From positions 79,424,001 to 79,488,000 of the forward strand of contig CM052816.1 in NCBI GenBank assembly GCA_028534125.1: a stretch of DNA of 64,000 bases. The letters run 5' to 3'. The notes under the pieces were generated by a model that saw nothing but the letters and a program-made list of their open reading frames with translations, made no database searches and had not been told where the DNA came from. Source of the DNA: Lama glama (lineage: Eukaryota). This document shows, one piece after another, positions 24,171 to 37,950 of this stretch (its first letter is position 1; the number at the start of each line of letters is the position of its first letter). Position numbers and translations under genes: made by a program.

Positions 24171-26594
24171 TTTCTTTCCTTTTCTCCTGAGTCTATATGA
24201 ATTTTTCCATTGCATTACTGGTTGGCTTAGTTTTGAGTAGCTTAGATTTGCTTGTAATATTTCAACAAGTTTTTGAGACATTTATTTCATAAAGCTGCTT
24301 TGATTTTATTTGTGACTAATTCAGTATCTGTATCTATATCTATATATACATAAATACATATACATAAATGGATTTTTAGAAAATCATATTTGGTCCTCTA
24401 CATATGTCTTGCATGCATTTCTTCATTTCCCTTTTTCAGCATGTTAGATGAATCTCTCATTCCCTCTCAGCACGTTTTGCAATGGCCTTTCTTTCTTTCT
24501 TTCATTTCTTTGTATTCATTAATTCAACAAATGTTTCGTCTAGTGTCCACAGTAAACACCCAAGCTAGATTTCCCCTGTCTGTTTCTCTCTAGTCGTTCT
24601 GTGCAACAAGTCCAGTTCATATTCCTTCTTTATTCCCCAGCTCAGACACTTGCCTGAATTTCACTAGAGCAGCATTTACTGATTGTGGGTTTTGACCTCT
24701 TAACAGAATATGTAATTCCTATAGTAGATCATGCCAGAATTCTTTATAAAGGAAAAAATAAAATGGAATAGAAAATATCAAACAGCCTTTCATGTAGGAA
24801 GGGTAAATGCGGAGGGGGGTACATTTTTGAAGCCACTGTCCTGGAGGATAAAGACCCCGCTGGAGATTCTTTACAGTCTAGCTTCAGTCCAAACTTGTCT
24901 GTAAGCCACAAATTCCCTTTGTACAGCTTGCTCACATTTCTTTACCAGGTCCCACTTTTCCTCCCTTTGCAAAAAAAGGCAGCTTCCTATCTCAGCCAGT
25001 TCTACCTGTCCTTCAGAAGTCACCTCACCAGTCATGACATTCACAAAACCTCCTGCTCTCTCCATCTTCCCTGTCCCTTCTCCCTTCTGAAAGCTCAAAA
25101 TAAGTGCTTTCCTTTCAACTTTCATCCAAGACACCTAACTCTTACCTAATACCCACAGCTTGGCCAACAACTGTTTTGCAATCTTCTAACGACTTTCTCA
25201 ACACGTTTCCAAATGAGTGTTGATTTAGGCTCGTATTGTTCATAACAAATAACAGCAATACTGTGAAAAGTTTAGTTCTATTTCAAAATTCTTGGTGTTT
25301 TTTCTGTTGAAGCAAATATGACTTTTTCTTTTATGTGTCTTACTTTACAGGCCCACATGATTTGTCTTATATATAGATTGTGTCTTTCTCAGGCAGACGT
25401 TTAAATTTTCAATCTTAGAGAGCAATCAGATGTGAAACAAAATCAAGTTAAAAACAAAACAAAACAAAAAACTTGGAACCATATGAGAAAAAGTGAGTCA
25501 TCTGTTCTATGACTGAGATAGAGAAGCCAAAGTTATTATATCAAAATTCTTGCTTTAATTACTTACTTTCCCATACTGAAGTTTTTGGAGAAGCCAAACC
25601 ACCCTTTAGTATCTTAAATTTAGAGCTGTGAATTCATGTCCTACTTTTTCCTTCCTGAGGGAAAAAAATTAAACATGACCAGGAAACCCTCTTAGCTCTG
25701 CTGAATGCAACCAAATTATTTCTACTGTTACATTGCACTTGTGCACATAGGTGCACATCCTTTTTTCTCTCACAGAATATGCTTTACAACAAACTGCATC
25801 TCTATATGTGCCAAGTTTGGCAATCAGCTCCACTGTAATTCCTCTCTAAAAAAATAATTTCCAGAGAATTAGAGTTTTGATGAACTGAGTAATTCTTGAA
25901 AGTCATTATCCTCTATACTCCTACTCTTGGTGGGATCTTTTTTTAGTATGCTTCCAATTTTCTATGTGTAGATAACAATCCACCCTGTATTTTTTAATAT
26001 TTTTGGCAGTCTAATCTTCCTTCATCATGATATTCCTCATACGTTATAAAACTGCAGCAGTTACCCATTTCCTATTAAGAGTATATGCGAGACTATCCAG
26101 ACACTTCACAATCTAGTTTTATTCTATTCAGTGAATCTCTAGTTCCACACATTCCATTATGAATAACAATATACCATACTAACTCCTGACTCCATTCGTT
26201 CTGACCAATTGTACCAAAGCCTAGTCTTTAATTCAAGTCAGATTTCTTTCTTAAAATGATTATTGACAGCTTCAATTGGCAATCTTATCCTCTCAACTCC
26301 AGTAGGCTAAGATGCACCAGTGGAATCTTGGATATCTGAATACATGGACTGCTTTTCATTTTTACATATCCAGAACCTAGAACAAATTTTCACAGATCCA
26401 AACCAAGAACTGTCAAAATGCTCACTCAATAAGTATTGTGTCATGAATCTGTGAATGCCAACAGGACGTTTAATGTGTACCATTTATTTTAGCACCTGTG
26501 TACTATGTTGTGTAATTTGTTATTCTTTCGTGTCATGGGCTGGGTCCTAGGAAAATGATGATCACAAAGGACCATGTGAACAGAGGAACTGCTT

Positions 26595-27175
26595 CTTCCC
26601 ATGTTCTGCTTCCGGTTACAGCCATGATGGAATAAAGAGTATTGTGCTTTCTATCCACTGTAAATCAATTACAAAACTGGAAAAGTACTTAAAGCAACTT
26701 GTCAGGCAGTAGACATATAGTGCACATTCACCCCAGATTTCTTTCTGAGGAAGTTTTCCTGAATGTGGCTTGAAGAAATAGACATCAAACAGTAGGTTAA
26801 TGTTTCACTGGTTGGAGGAAACAGACTGGAATTTGGGGCTAAAGAAGCAGCTGGAATTTGTGGGGTAGAATAATGGAAAAGAAGCAGCTATGTAGAGAAG
26901 TAACACTAGAAATTAGTTTGGTGTCTTCTTGAAACTAGTAAAACACAAGACTTCTCATGCACAGGGGGACTGGAAGCTGATTGGAGGTTCTGGATGTTGT
27001 ACATTTCTAGGAATGACTGGAGCTCCAACTGGCCAAAGTAGAGAAACCTCACTAAAGACTCAGAGCATTAGAGTGAGAATCCAGAAAGAAAAGGTGCTTT
27101 TTTATTACAGAGATACTTTAACCATAGCATAAGGAATGAAAAAGCCTAAAAAGAAACTCTAGTAAGATTAAACTG
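26595..27175 (+). mobile_element. Probable old L1M 5' region fragment
   Basis: gcttccggttacagccatgatggaataa...caaaactggaaaa...gagtgagaatccagaaag resembles ancient L1 5' ends; weak match. Confidence 0.4.
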
Positions 27176-27984
27176 ATTATCTAATAAATTAACATAATTA
27201 TTGAATTATGTGATGTTTTTATTTCAAGGGAAATCAAGATACTAATTTTATGGATAATACAGGATTAGAGGGAATGAAATACGATCTCTTGGCAGCATTT
27301 CCACCATATATAAACTTCATGAAATAAGATATAACTATACTGTAGTTACATTCCCTCTTATTTATCTGCTTTTTACTTTTCTGTTTATTTACTTAACTTT
27401 TTTAGCTTGTGTTTTTGTTGTTGTTGTTACTTGTTTTGGGTGGAGGGAACTTCTTTGAATGGCTAGAGCAATATCATAAAACTAAATCTCTATGAAGTGG
27501 TTTATAAAACCAGAATTCCCTTTCATTCAGCAAGAATGAAACAACCCACTATGTGTGCTACATACTCCAAGTATGACAGTGATTTCCATACTCTTGGGTT
27601 TTACCAGCTGATAACGTTTCAAAAGCAACTTTGAAAGGCAATGTAAGGTTGCCAGTTTTCTTTTTTTGTTTTTCTGAGTAAGAACATTAAAATCACTGTT
27701 TCTTCTCTGGCCATCGTTTCACATAAGAAAGAATATTTTGCACCAAAAGAAGTGGGAATCACAAAATTTCAGAACTAAGAACAGTACTTTAAACTGAATA
27801 GGCTTTATGAAAGCCCATAGTATTAGTATGTCATAATAGACTTGTGAGTGTCTTTGAAGATTAGATGTTCTATTGCAAAATTCTGTCCCAGAACACAATA
27901 CCTAAGTAGTATCACTTGCATAAGGATCCCCAGTCTCCATGGTATTTGCAACCCTTTCACACTGGAATGTTGATGAACTGGAAA

Positions 27985-28010
27985 GTGTGTGTGTGTGTGT
28001 GTGTGTGTGT
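27985..28010. repeat. (GT)13 microsatellite
   Basis: Directly visible. Confidence 0.97.
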
Positions 28011-29174
28011 AGATGTAAAGAGTAGAGTATATGTGGGTACTTTTTTCAGCAAAGCCAATTTCTTTTTTAATGATATTAGCTATCTTTCTATGTCCTCTGA
28101 AAGAATAAATATAGGGTTAGACATTGGGGTTAATATTTTTCAGGCCTACATGGAGATTTCAAACTTTCATAGAGTTTGAAGGTCTTCTATAAAATCTACA
28201 GACTCTACACCCACAAAGTTCACCTGGAAATTTCACAGAATTCCATGGTGGAGGAGACAGTTGCCTTACTAATAAGTCAAATCCCCAAGAAGAAAAGAAA
28301 ATTGCCTTCAGATTATGTGGCCCCTGGGAAACTGCTGAATTCTTGTAGTACTAATCTGGATGCTTTAAATCATACTATTTTGAATTGTGTCAGGGAGTCC
28401 AGTCCAGAGCAAGCCCTATATTTGCTCTGGCTATTAGCAGTTTCCATACCATGTTCTTACATATCTGATCTAAGCATGTGATTAGACTGTCAAATCCTCT
28501 AAAAGTTTGAGACGCTGTGCCAGAGAGATTCAGACATTTAAATGAAACATGAAATTAACTCCAGTTTTCTTACTTAGTTATCATCTATGGTATTTCACCA
28601 AGTTAATAACAGGCCTTCAAAAGTTTTATGTATTCCAAACCATTCAGATGTGAGGAAGGCAATCTGTGGTGAAATTATAATAAAAATGCATCTATATTTG
28701 TTAAGGAATTGATATTTATGCCTAATTAGTTTTTGGAGAGTGGAACTCAGTGTTCAAGTGCTATTAATTGAGTATATCTACCAGATGGTTCTCTTTTTAG
28801 ATTGAATTCCTGCTGGGCTCACCAAATAATTCCTATTAAAGATACTTAGGGCATCTGCAAAGACAAGGCAGGATTTTAACAACTACCAAGAAATTAATGA
28901 TTGTAATGTGTGCTTAAATAGTGATGATTTGATGACCAATAATTATATTAAGTTCCATTGCTTTGGAAGTAACATTATTTCATTAGTCAAGGTGGAATTT
29001 TTATTGAGACAGAAGGTTCACGAGGACAAGTCTACTGTGTATGAATTTGAACAACTTGTCAATTGAAAATGGAAATAACAGGAAGTCAGATCCAAAGAAT
29101 GGATCCTAGCTTTGCCTTTTCATACTAGCTACTAGCAATTTCCACACATGTTCTTTGATTTGTGTATAAATATA

Positions 29175-29207
29175 CATATGTATATATATATGTACACACA
29201 CATATCT

Positions 29208-29260
<53 letters not shown>

Positions 29261-29282
29261 GTGTGTGTGTGTGTGTGTGTGT
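29175..29282. repeat. Compound microsatellite: TA/CA-rich, (GATA)12 at 29211-29258, (GT)11 at 29261-29282
   Basis: Directly visible. Confidence 0.97.
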
Positions 29283-30377
29283 AAAACCTTACATAAAAAG
29301 TGGAAAGAGAGGAAATCACTGTGCTTATTTCTAGTACAGGTTGAAAACACATGAGTATTTGGAAGCACAGAATAGGCTATCACTACATAAGAAGGCTTTT
29401 AAAATATAAACCCAATGTCTATCAGGGAACTCTAAAAGCTTCTTTTCTTTAAGTATTTAAAGTTTTTGGAAATCAGGAACCCTCTATTAACCTGAAGACC
29501 ATTGGAGACTTAAGGGATCACATCTTATACCTTATCCCACTTAACACCATTGTTATCTGTTAGTTTCTTAAGAGACATTAGTAGGAATGGGATGCAGAAA
29601 CCCGTACATGAGCTAAGTATAATGAAAGGGATAGTTATTCTGGAAATGGAAGGGGGACTGATGAAGGGAAGATGGAAGACTACAGACAAAGTTTATTCCT
29701 TCTAAAATTTCCATAAGGTTAAATCTAACCTTTAGAATAAACCTGGAGTCAAGAGATGCTATGTAAGGGGAAAATTAAAGAAGTTCTGAATAAGATATAA
29801 TATTAGGACTCCCAGAATTGATATTCAACTTGAACTGTCATGAATGATTTCATGGGGTCTGGAGTTGGAAGGGAGCCAAAAGAACTTTCTGACAGGGAAT
29901 GGGCAAGAAAACTCAAAAATGAATGTATCTCTTTCTCCTTTACAACCACAAACACAGAAGTGAAAGATGTGGCCAGAGAGGTAAAAGTCAAGAACCAGAT
30001 AGAGAAAAGGCTATCAGTTTTTTTTAAATCATCCAATTACAATTTTATGTTGCTGTTTTCCTTAGATGCCTTACTCATATATGGAAATAGCTAATGAGAG
30101 AATAGACCAAAGATGGAAAATTTGACATGTTGATTTCTTTTTGCTAAAAACATCAATCATGTGATTATTGTCAACAGTAGAAAATTGTTGGCAGTGACTG
30201 AATTCCATTATATAATATGAACCCTTGCAACTCCTCACTGTTTCTCAGTGAACATACCATCTGGCCACGCCTTCCCCTCCAAACCTCCCACAGGAAATTC
30301 ATTAATGGTTTAGCACTCGAAGACGACTGGGTTGGTTTCGTTTCTGGGTTTAACCAAGTTTAGATGTCTGAGCCTTG

Positions 30378-30506
30378 AAAGGGGAAAAGGAGGAGGAGGA
30401 GGAAGTAGTGGGAGTAGAAAAGGAAGAGGTGGTGAGAAGGAAAAAGGACAGAGGAGGAGGGAAAAAGGGAGGAAGTGGGGGAGAGAGAGAGAGAGAGAGA
30501 AAAAAG
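30378..30506. repeat. Purine-rich low-complexity tract with (GGA)n and (GA)n
   Basis: Directly visible. Confidence 0.9.
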
Positions 30507-30914
30507 AATGTCATAGAATGAAGAAGGAAGACTTCTGTGATCCATAGCATCTGGACCTTTGTGATCTTGAAGTTTAGAATGGGGCCTAACATGTTACTCT
30601 GGCAGTCCTAGATGTAGGGTATTTCAAAAAGGAAGCCTGTGCTAACACTTACAGAAGAATAATAGTTTGGATGTTTTTGTCTGTTTGCATCTTGCACTTA
30701 AAATACAGTGATACAAATGACATTCCTATGAAATACTCCACTGTGTCCCTTTTATTGATTTGACTATGATTTAATATTTTATACACATTGCACTTAATAT
30801 GTTCTTGCATTTGACTTGAATTTCAGGATAGTACTAAAGAAAGTTATTTTAATTTAGTAACTGATTTATCAACAATTTGAAGCACTAATACTGAAAAGAC
30901 TTTAGCTTTAAAGA

Positions 30915-33900
30915 TTTTTTGTTTTTTATTGACGTATAATTGACATAGAATATCATATGAGTTTATTACCAAGTCCAAGCTCATACTGCTTGCTTCACAA
31001 CAGGTCAATAAATCAAGAGACAAGATGTTGGGGCAAGAAATAGCAACTTTATTCAGAAAGCCAGTAGACCAAGAAGATGGTAAACTAGTGTCTCAAAGAA
31101 CTATCTTATCTGAGCTAGAATTCAGACTTCTTTTATACCAGAAGGGTAGAGGGTGCTGATTGTTGCAGACCTCTTGGTGCTGGCCAGACCCCAGAGAAGT
31201 GTGATAATCTTTTGCTCTTGCAGCTATCCATGTTAAGTATGGTCATGAAGTTTCTTTAAGTCTTCAACAAAACAAATGTTATTTTCTGGTCTGCAATGTT
31301 TTATTTCTATCTGAATGAAAGTGTTATGCCTTTAAGGGTCAAGCCTGGGAGGCAGGGCCTTGAGAAAGGGTTATTATGTATATTTCAGGCTATAGGCAAC
31401 ATTCTTTAACTTTTCAGGAGATAAAGGAGCAGAGCCAGCATGACTAAGCACAGACAACAGAGCATAGAAGTTAGAGCTAAAGGAATAGATCCATCATGGA
31501 GTCAGGTTTGTACTCTGTTACAGTTTCAGGAGTATAACATAATGATTCAAAATTTATATGCATTTTGAAATGATCACCACAATGTATCTAGTTATTATTT
31601 GTCACCATAAAGAGCTAATGCAATATTATTGACTATATTCCCCATGTTATACTTTACATTTCCATAATTTACTTATTTTTACCTGGAAATCTATACCTCT
31701 TGATGCCCTCCATCCATTCCCCTCCACCCAAACCCTCTCTCTTCTGGTAACCATCAGTTTGTTTTTTGTGTCTATGAGTCTGATTTTGTTTTGTTTGTTT
31801 GTTTGTTTTTAGATTTGACATATAAATAAAATCATACAGTATTTATCTTTCTCTGTCTGACTTACTTCACTTAATATAATACCTTCAAGGTCCATCCATG
31901 TTGTGGCAAATAGCAAGATTTCATTATTTTTTATTGCTGAGAGCTATTCCTTTGTGTATATATATCACAATTTCTTTATCCATTCATCTATCAATGGATA
32001 CAGTTTGCTTCCATATCTTGGCTGCAAATAATACACAATAAACATAAGTGTGCATGTATCTTTTCAAATTAGTGTTTTCATCTTCTTTGAATAAATACCT
32101 AGAAGTGGAATTGCTGGATAGTATGGTAATTCTCTTTTTAACTTTTTGAGAAACCTCCATACTGTTTTCCATAGTGGCTGCACCAACTTACATTTCCACC
32201 AGCAGTGCACTAGGGTTCCCTTTTCTCTATATCCTTGCCAACACTTGTTATTTCTTATCTTTTTAATAGCTATTCTGACAGGTGTAAGGTGACATCTCAT
32301 TGTGGTTTTGATTTGCATTTCTCTGATGATTAGTGATGTTGAGCATCTTTTCATGTTTCTGTTGGCCATCTGTATGTCTTCTTTGGAAAAATGTCTATTT
32401 AGATCTTCTGCTCATTTTTTAATCTGACTTTTTGTATTGATTTGTATAAATTCTTTATGTATTTTGGATATCAACCACTCACCAGATATAGGATTTGTAA
32501 ATGTCTTCTTTCATTCAGTAGGTTGCCTTTTGGTTTTCATTTATGGTTTCCTTCACTGTGCAAAAGCTTTTCAGTTTGATGTAATCCTGCTTGCTTATTT
32601 TTGCTTTTGTTTCCCTGCCTGAGGAGACAGATCCAAACAAATATCACTACAACTGATGCCAGAGAGCTGACTGCCTCTGCATTCTTCTGGGAGTTCTATG
32701 ATTTCAGATCTTACATTCAAGTCTTTAATCCATTTTTGGTTTACTTATTTTTTGTATATGGTGTAAGATAGTGGCCCACTTTCATTCTTTTGCACGTGGC
32801 TGTTTAGTTTTTCCAACACCATTTATTGAAGAGATTGTCTTTTCCCCATTATATATTTTTGCCTCCTTTGTTATAGGTCAATTGACAGTATACATGTGGG
32901 TGAACTTGTGGGCTCTCGATTCTGTTTTATTGATATATGTGTCTGTTATGGTGCCAGTATCACACTGTTTTAATTGCCGTAGTTCTGTAACATAGTTCGA
33001 AATCAGAGAGCATGATACCAATCTTCTCAAGATAGCTTTGGCTCTTTGGATTTTTTGCAGTTCCATAAAAATTTTAGGGTTATTTGTTTTAGTTCTGTGA
33101 AAAATGCCTTTGGTATTTTGATAAGGATTGCACTGAATCTGTAGATTGCTTTGAGTAGTATGAACATAATAACAACGTTAATTCTTCCAATCCATGAGCA
33201 AGATATATTTTTCCATTTATTGGTATTTTCTTCAGTTTTTTTTTTATTAATGCCTTACAGCTTTCAGAGTACAAGTCTTTCACCTCCTTGGTTAAAATTA
33301 TTCCTCAGTATTTTATTCTTTTTGATGCAGTTATAAAAGGAATTGTTTTCTTAATTTCTCTGATACTTTATTATTTATGTATAGAAATGCAGTAGATTCT
33401 GTATGTTAGTTTTGTATCTTGCAACTTTGCAGAATTGATTTATTAGTTCTATCAATTTTTTGGTGGAAAATCCTTAGGATTTTCTATATAGTATAATGTC
33501 ATCTACAGATAGTGATAGTTTCACTTTTTCCTTTATGATTTGGATGCCTTTTATTTCTTTTTCTTACCTAATTGCTACAACTTCCAATAATATGTTGAAT
33601 AAAAGTGGCAAGACTGGACATCCTTAATCTTGTTCTTGATCTTAGAGGAAATGCTTTCAGCTTCTCATCATTGAGTATGATGTTAACTGTGGGTTAGTAA
33701 TCTATGGCCTTTATTATGTTGAGGTATGTTCTCTCTATGCCCACTTTGTTGAGAGCTTTTTTCTTTATCATAAATGTATGTTGAATTTTGTCAAATGCTT
33801 TTTTCTGCATTTATTGAAATTTTTATCTTTTATTTTGTCAATGTGATGTATCATGTTGATTGATTTGCTGATATGGAACCATCCTTGCATCCCTGAAATA

Positions 33901-36900
33901 AATTCCATGTGACCATGGTGTGTGGTTATTTTAATGTATTGTTGAATTTAGTTTGCAAATATTTTGTTGAGGATTTTTTCATCAGTGATATTGGTCTCTG
34001 ATTTTCTTTTTTTGTGTGTGTGATGTCTTTGTATTTGGTATCAGGGTAATGCTGGCCTCCAAAAACGAGAGAACTATTCTCTTCTCTACAATTTTTTGGA
34101 ATAGTTTGAGAAGAATAGCTAGTAATTCTTTGAATGTTTCAATGTTTGGTGGAATTTACCATTGAAGCTATCTGATCCTAGACTTTTGTCTGTGGGAGTT
34201 TTTATTACTGATTTATTCTCATTATTAGTAATTAGTTTATTCAATTTTCTAGGAAAATTGTGTATTTCTAGAAATTTAATTTCTTTGAAGCTTTCTAATT
34301 TGTTGCCATACTATTTTTCATAGTAGTTACAGCTGATATCTAGATAGGATCATAAATCCTTTGTATTTCCCTGATATCAGTTGTAATTTCTCCTCTTTCA
34401 TTTTTTTTTAATTTGGACCCTCTCTTTTTTCTTGATGAGCCTGTCTAAAATTTTGTCAATGTTGTTTATCTTTCCAAAGAGCCAACTTTAAATTTCATTG
34501 ATCTTTTCTATTTGTTTTAGTCTCTATTTCATTTATTTCTGCTCTGACCTTTATTATTTCTTTCCTTTTATTAACATTGGGTTTTGTTTGTTCTTCTCTT
34601 TCTTGTTCCTTTAGGTGTAAGGTTAGACTGTTTGTTTGACATTTACTTGTTTCCTGTGGTATGTATGCATGTAGTGTATAAACTTTCCTACTTTTGCTAC
34701 ATCCCATAGATTTTGGAAGTTTGTGTTTCTGATTTCATTTGTCTCAAGCAATTCTTTAATTTTCCCTTTTATTTCTTCATTGAATTATTGGATTTCTAGT
34801 AGCATGTTATCTAGTCTCCTTTTTTTTTCCAGTTTTCTTCTTGTAATTGATTTTTACTACATATCATTTTGGTTAGAAAAGATGTTTGATATGATTTCAA
34901 TATTCTTAAATTTATGGAAACTTGTTTTGTGGGCTAACATATGATCTATCCTGGAGAATGCTCTGTGTGTAACTTGAAAAGAGTGTATATTCAGTTGCTT
35001 TTGGATGTCATATTCTATTAAGTCTGTTTGATCTAATGGATTGCTTGAGGCTGATGTTTCTGTACTGATTTTCTGTCTGGATGATGGATTCATTGATTAA
35101 AGTTCCTTACTACTATTGTATTGCTGTCAATTTCTCCCTTTATGTCTGTTAATATTTGCTTTATATATTTAGGTACTTATACGTTGGATACATAAATATT
35201 TACAAATGTTACGTTCTCTTGTTGAATTGACCTCTTTATCATTATAAATTGCCCTTCTTTGCCTTCAGTTACAGTCTGTGTTTTAAAGTTATTTTGTCTG
35301 AGATAAAAATTGCTACCTTAGCAATTTTTTTTATTTGCATGGAATATCTTTTTGCATCCCTTCCATTTCAGTCTGTGTGTATCTTTAGATCTGAAGTGAA
35401 TCTCTTGTAGGCAGCATATAGATGGGTCTTACTTCTTTTTACCCATTCAGCCAATCTATGGTTTTGGTTGGAGAATTTAGTCTACTTGCACTTAAAGTTA
35501 TTATTAATAGGTGTGCACTTATTGCCAGTTTGTTGCTTGTTTTTGTAGTCGCTCTTCCTTGCCTCTTCTCTTGCTTTCTTCCCTTGGGGTTTTATAATTT
35601 CCTCCAGTGTTGTTCAGACTCTTTTCTCATTATTTTTGTGCGTCTGTTACAGGTTTTTTGTTTGTGGTTACCATGATGTTTGTGTATAACAACCTATATA
35701 TATGTATAGGAGTCTATTTTAAGTTGATAGCCATTTAATTCAAACACACAGTAAAAGCACTACAATTTTTATTCTCCTCACCCTGTGACATTTTATGTTT
35801 TTGATGTACTATTTTACATTTTAAAATTTTTGTGAATTTCTTAACTAATTATAGTTGATTTTACTACTTTCATCTTTTAACCTTTACACTAGATTTACAA
35901 GTGGTTGACAAACTACCTTTACTGTACATTTGCCTTTACCAGTGAGATTTTTTTCTTTATGTATTTTCTTACTTCTGATTATTTTACTTATTTATTTTTT
36001 TAAAGTTTAAGAAGTCCTTTTAACATTTCTATATAGCTGGTTTAGTGGTTACAGACTCCTTTAGCTTTGCTTATCTGGGAAACTCTTTATCTCTCCTTCA
36101 ATTCTGAATGATAACCTTGCCGGGTAGAGTATTCTTGGTTGGAAATTGTTTCCCTTTCTGCAGTTTGAAGATATCATGCTTCTGGTCTGCAAAGTTTCTG
36201 CTGAAAAATCACTGGATATATTCTGAGGACTCCCATGTATGTACTAGTTTTTGGGTTTTTTTTTTCCCCCTAGCTGTTTTTAATAGTGTCTCTTTAATTT
36301 GTGAAATTTTAATTATAATTTGACTTGGTGTAGATATATTTGGGTCATCTTGTTTGGGGTTCTCTGTGTTTCCTGGACCTGGATGTCTGTTTTCTTCCCC
36401 AAGTTTGGAAAGTTTTCAGCCATTTTCATTTAAATAAATTTTCTCCCCCCCCACCCCCTTTTCCTTCTGGGATACCTATAATATGATGTTAGTATGTTTG
36501 ATGTTGTCCCATAAGTTCCCTAAGAGTCTCACTTTTTAAATTCTTTTTTGTTTTTGCTGTTTTGTTTGGGTGACTTTCCACCACCCTGTCTTCCAGGTCA
36601 CTGATTGTTCTTCTGTATCATTTAGTCTGCTATTGATTCCCTCTAGTGTATTTTTTAGTTCAGTTAACAAATTCTTCAATTCTGTGAGTTCTTTTTGAAA
36701 CTTTCTTAATATTTTCTGTCTTTCTATTGACCTTTTCCCCATGTTCATCCAGTTTTCTTCTGAGTTTAATGAACAACATTATGACCATCACTTTGAATTC
36801 TTTGTCAGGTTACTTATCTATGTTTCATTAACTTTTGGGGAGGTAGAGTGCAGGAAGGTATAACCTGTTCTTCAATTGAAAATATGTTCCTCTGTTTCCT

Positions 36901-37170
36901 CATTTTGTTGAATTCTCTGTGTTTGTTTCTGCATGTCATGCAAAACCACTATCTCTCTTTATCTTTAAGTAGTGACTCTGTGTAGGAGATAAACCTTATC
37001 CTTTAACCTTGCTCTGGTTCTTGATGTCTTTGGAACTTTAATTTTGATTGTTTCATACCTGTGGGGTCCAGAAACACAATTGCCCCTGGCTACCTGAACT
37101 TGCAGCTCTAGAGATGTCCCCTGCATGGCCTGCATGCATCCACTTGGTCTGTTGGGGCTGCCCAAGCTGC
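30915..37170 (-). mobile_element. Near-full-length degenerate L1 (L1MA9-like 3' end) with ORF1 and ORF2 remnants
   Basis: PolyT and 3' UTR at 30915. ORF2 C-terminal peptide at 32064-32369 ([26 protein letters not shown]...[13 protein letters not shown]), endonuclease-region peptide near 34857-35093 (FSRIDHMLAHKTS), ORF1 coiled coil at 36536-36748. Many stops and frameshifts. The 5' boundary is approximate. Confidence 0.93.
30964..31522 (-). mobile_element. ERV1-type solo LTR inserted in the L1 3' UTR
   Basis: Non-L1 block t(a)ttaccaagtcc...ctctgttaca splits the L1 motif atatgagtt/tcaggagta, with gtt(t) duplicated. The tttatt near 31048 gives a minus-strand AATAAA. Confidence 0.8.
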
Positions 37171-37247
37171 ACAGGGAGATGGATAGGATAAAAGTTGGTA
37201 TATTTGAACATTAATATATGCTGCTCGATTTTGGTGAGCAATTTAAC

Positions 37248-37950
37248 TGTTAGGATAAAACTGCAGACATAAGAAAACCTACAGTAAGGTATAGCAGAAT
37301 TACTTGCTTGGTGATTAAAAATCCATTAGAAATTGCATGGGAGCCCATGATTGGGTTAACAAATTGGAACAGATCCCAGCCGCTTACCTCCTTAAAGAAG
37401 ATGTGCTTAGTAACTGCCTTGAGGTTTTAGCAACCCAGGCCCTTGGCTATAAATGCTGGGCATGCCTGCTGTTAGTCTTCTATCCCCAAAACAGCCTTGG
37501 GCTGGAATGGTAAACAACTTATAAAAAGCTGAAGACTCAGAGGTGAGAAGGCTGGTTAGCCAATGATGGTCAGATCCCCTGAGGTGGGCAACCTGAGACA
37601 GGCACAGCCGCCTGAGTCCAAGTTGTTCAGCAACTGATTCTCATACGTCCCGCCCTGATAAGCTGAAAGGCTCAACAGGAATATAATTTACCAAAAAGGG
37701 TCTTCTGGCCTTGAGCCAAACACCAACAATAAATAAAGCCTTTGACTCATTGTGATCCCACCCTGTCCTTCCCCAAATTCCTGCATTCCTCCTTCGACTG
37801 TACTCAATAAATATGGGCGCATTTGAGAGGCTCCTGGGGTTGGCTCCCGACTCCCTCTCACTCTCTTGACTTTTCCACAGAGTCTTGAGTAATTCATTCC
37901 GTCTCGGTGGGACTTCTGCCAGCCAGAAAGCACAGCTGGTGATGAACCCA
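37248..37950 (+). mobile_element. Probable ERV solo LTR
   Basis: Starts tgttagg, is more GC-rich than its flanks, contains ggctggttagccaatga...caacctgagacaggcacag and TATA/AATAAA-like signals. The 3' end is uncertain. Confidence 0.6.

Noticed and set aside
28176..28481. 101 aa ORF, and the 147 aa ORF at 43633-44076
   Set aside because: Non-ATG starts, composition typical of AT-rich noncoding DNA, and no recognisable domain or splice support.
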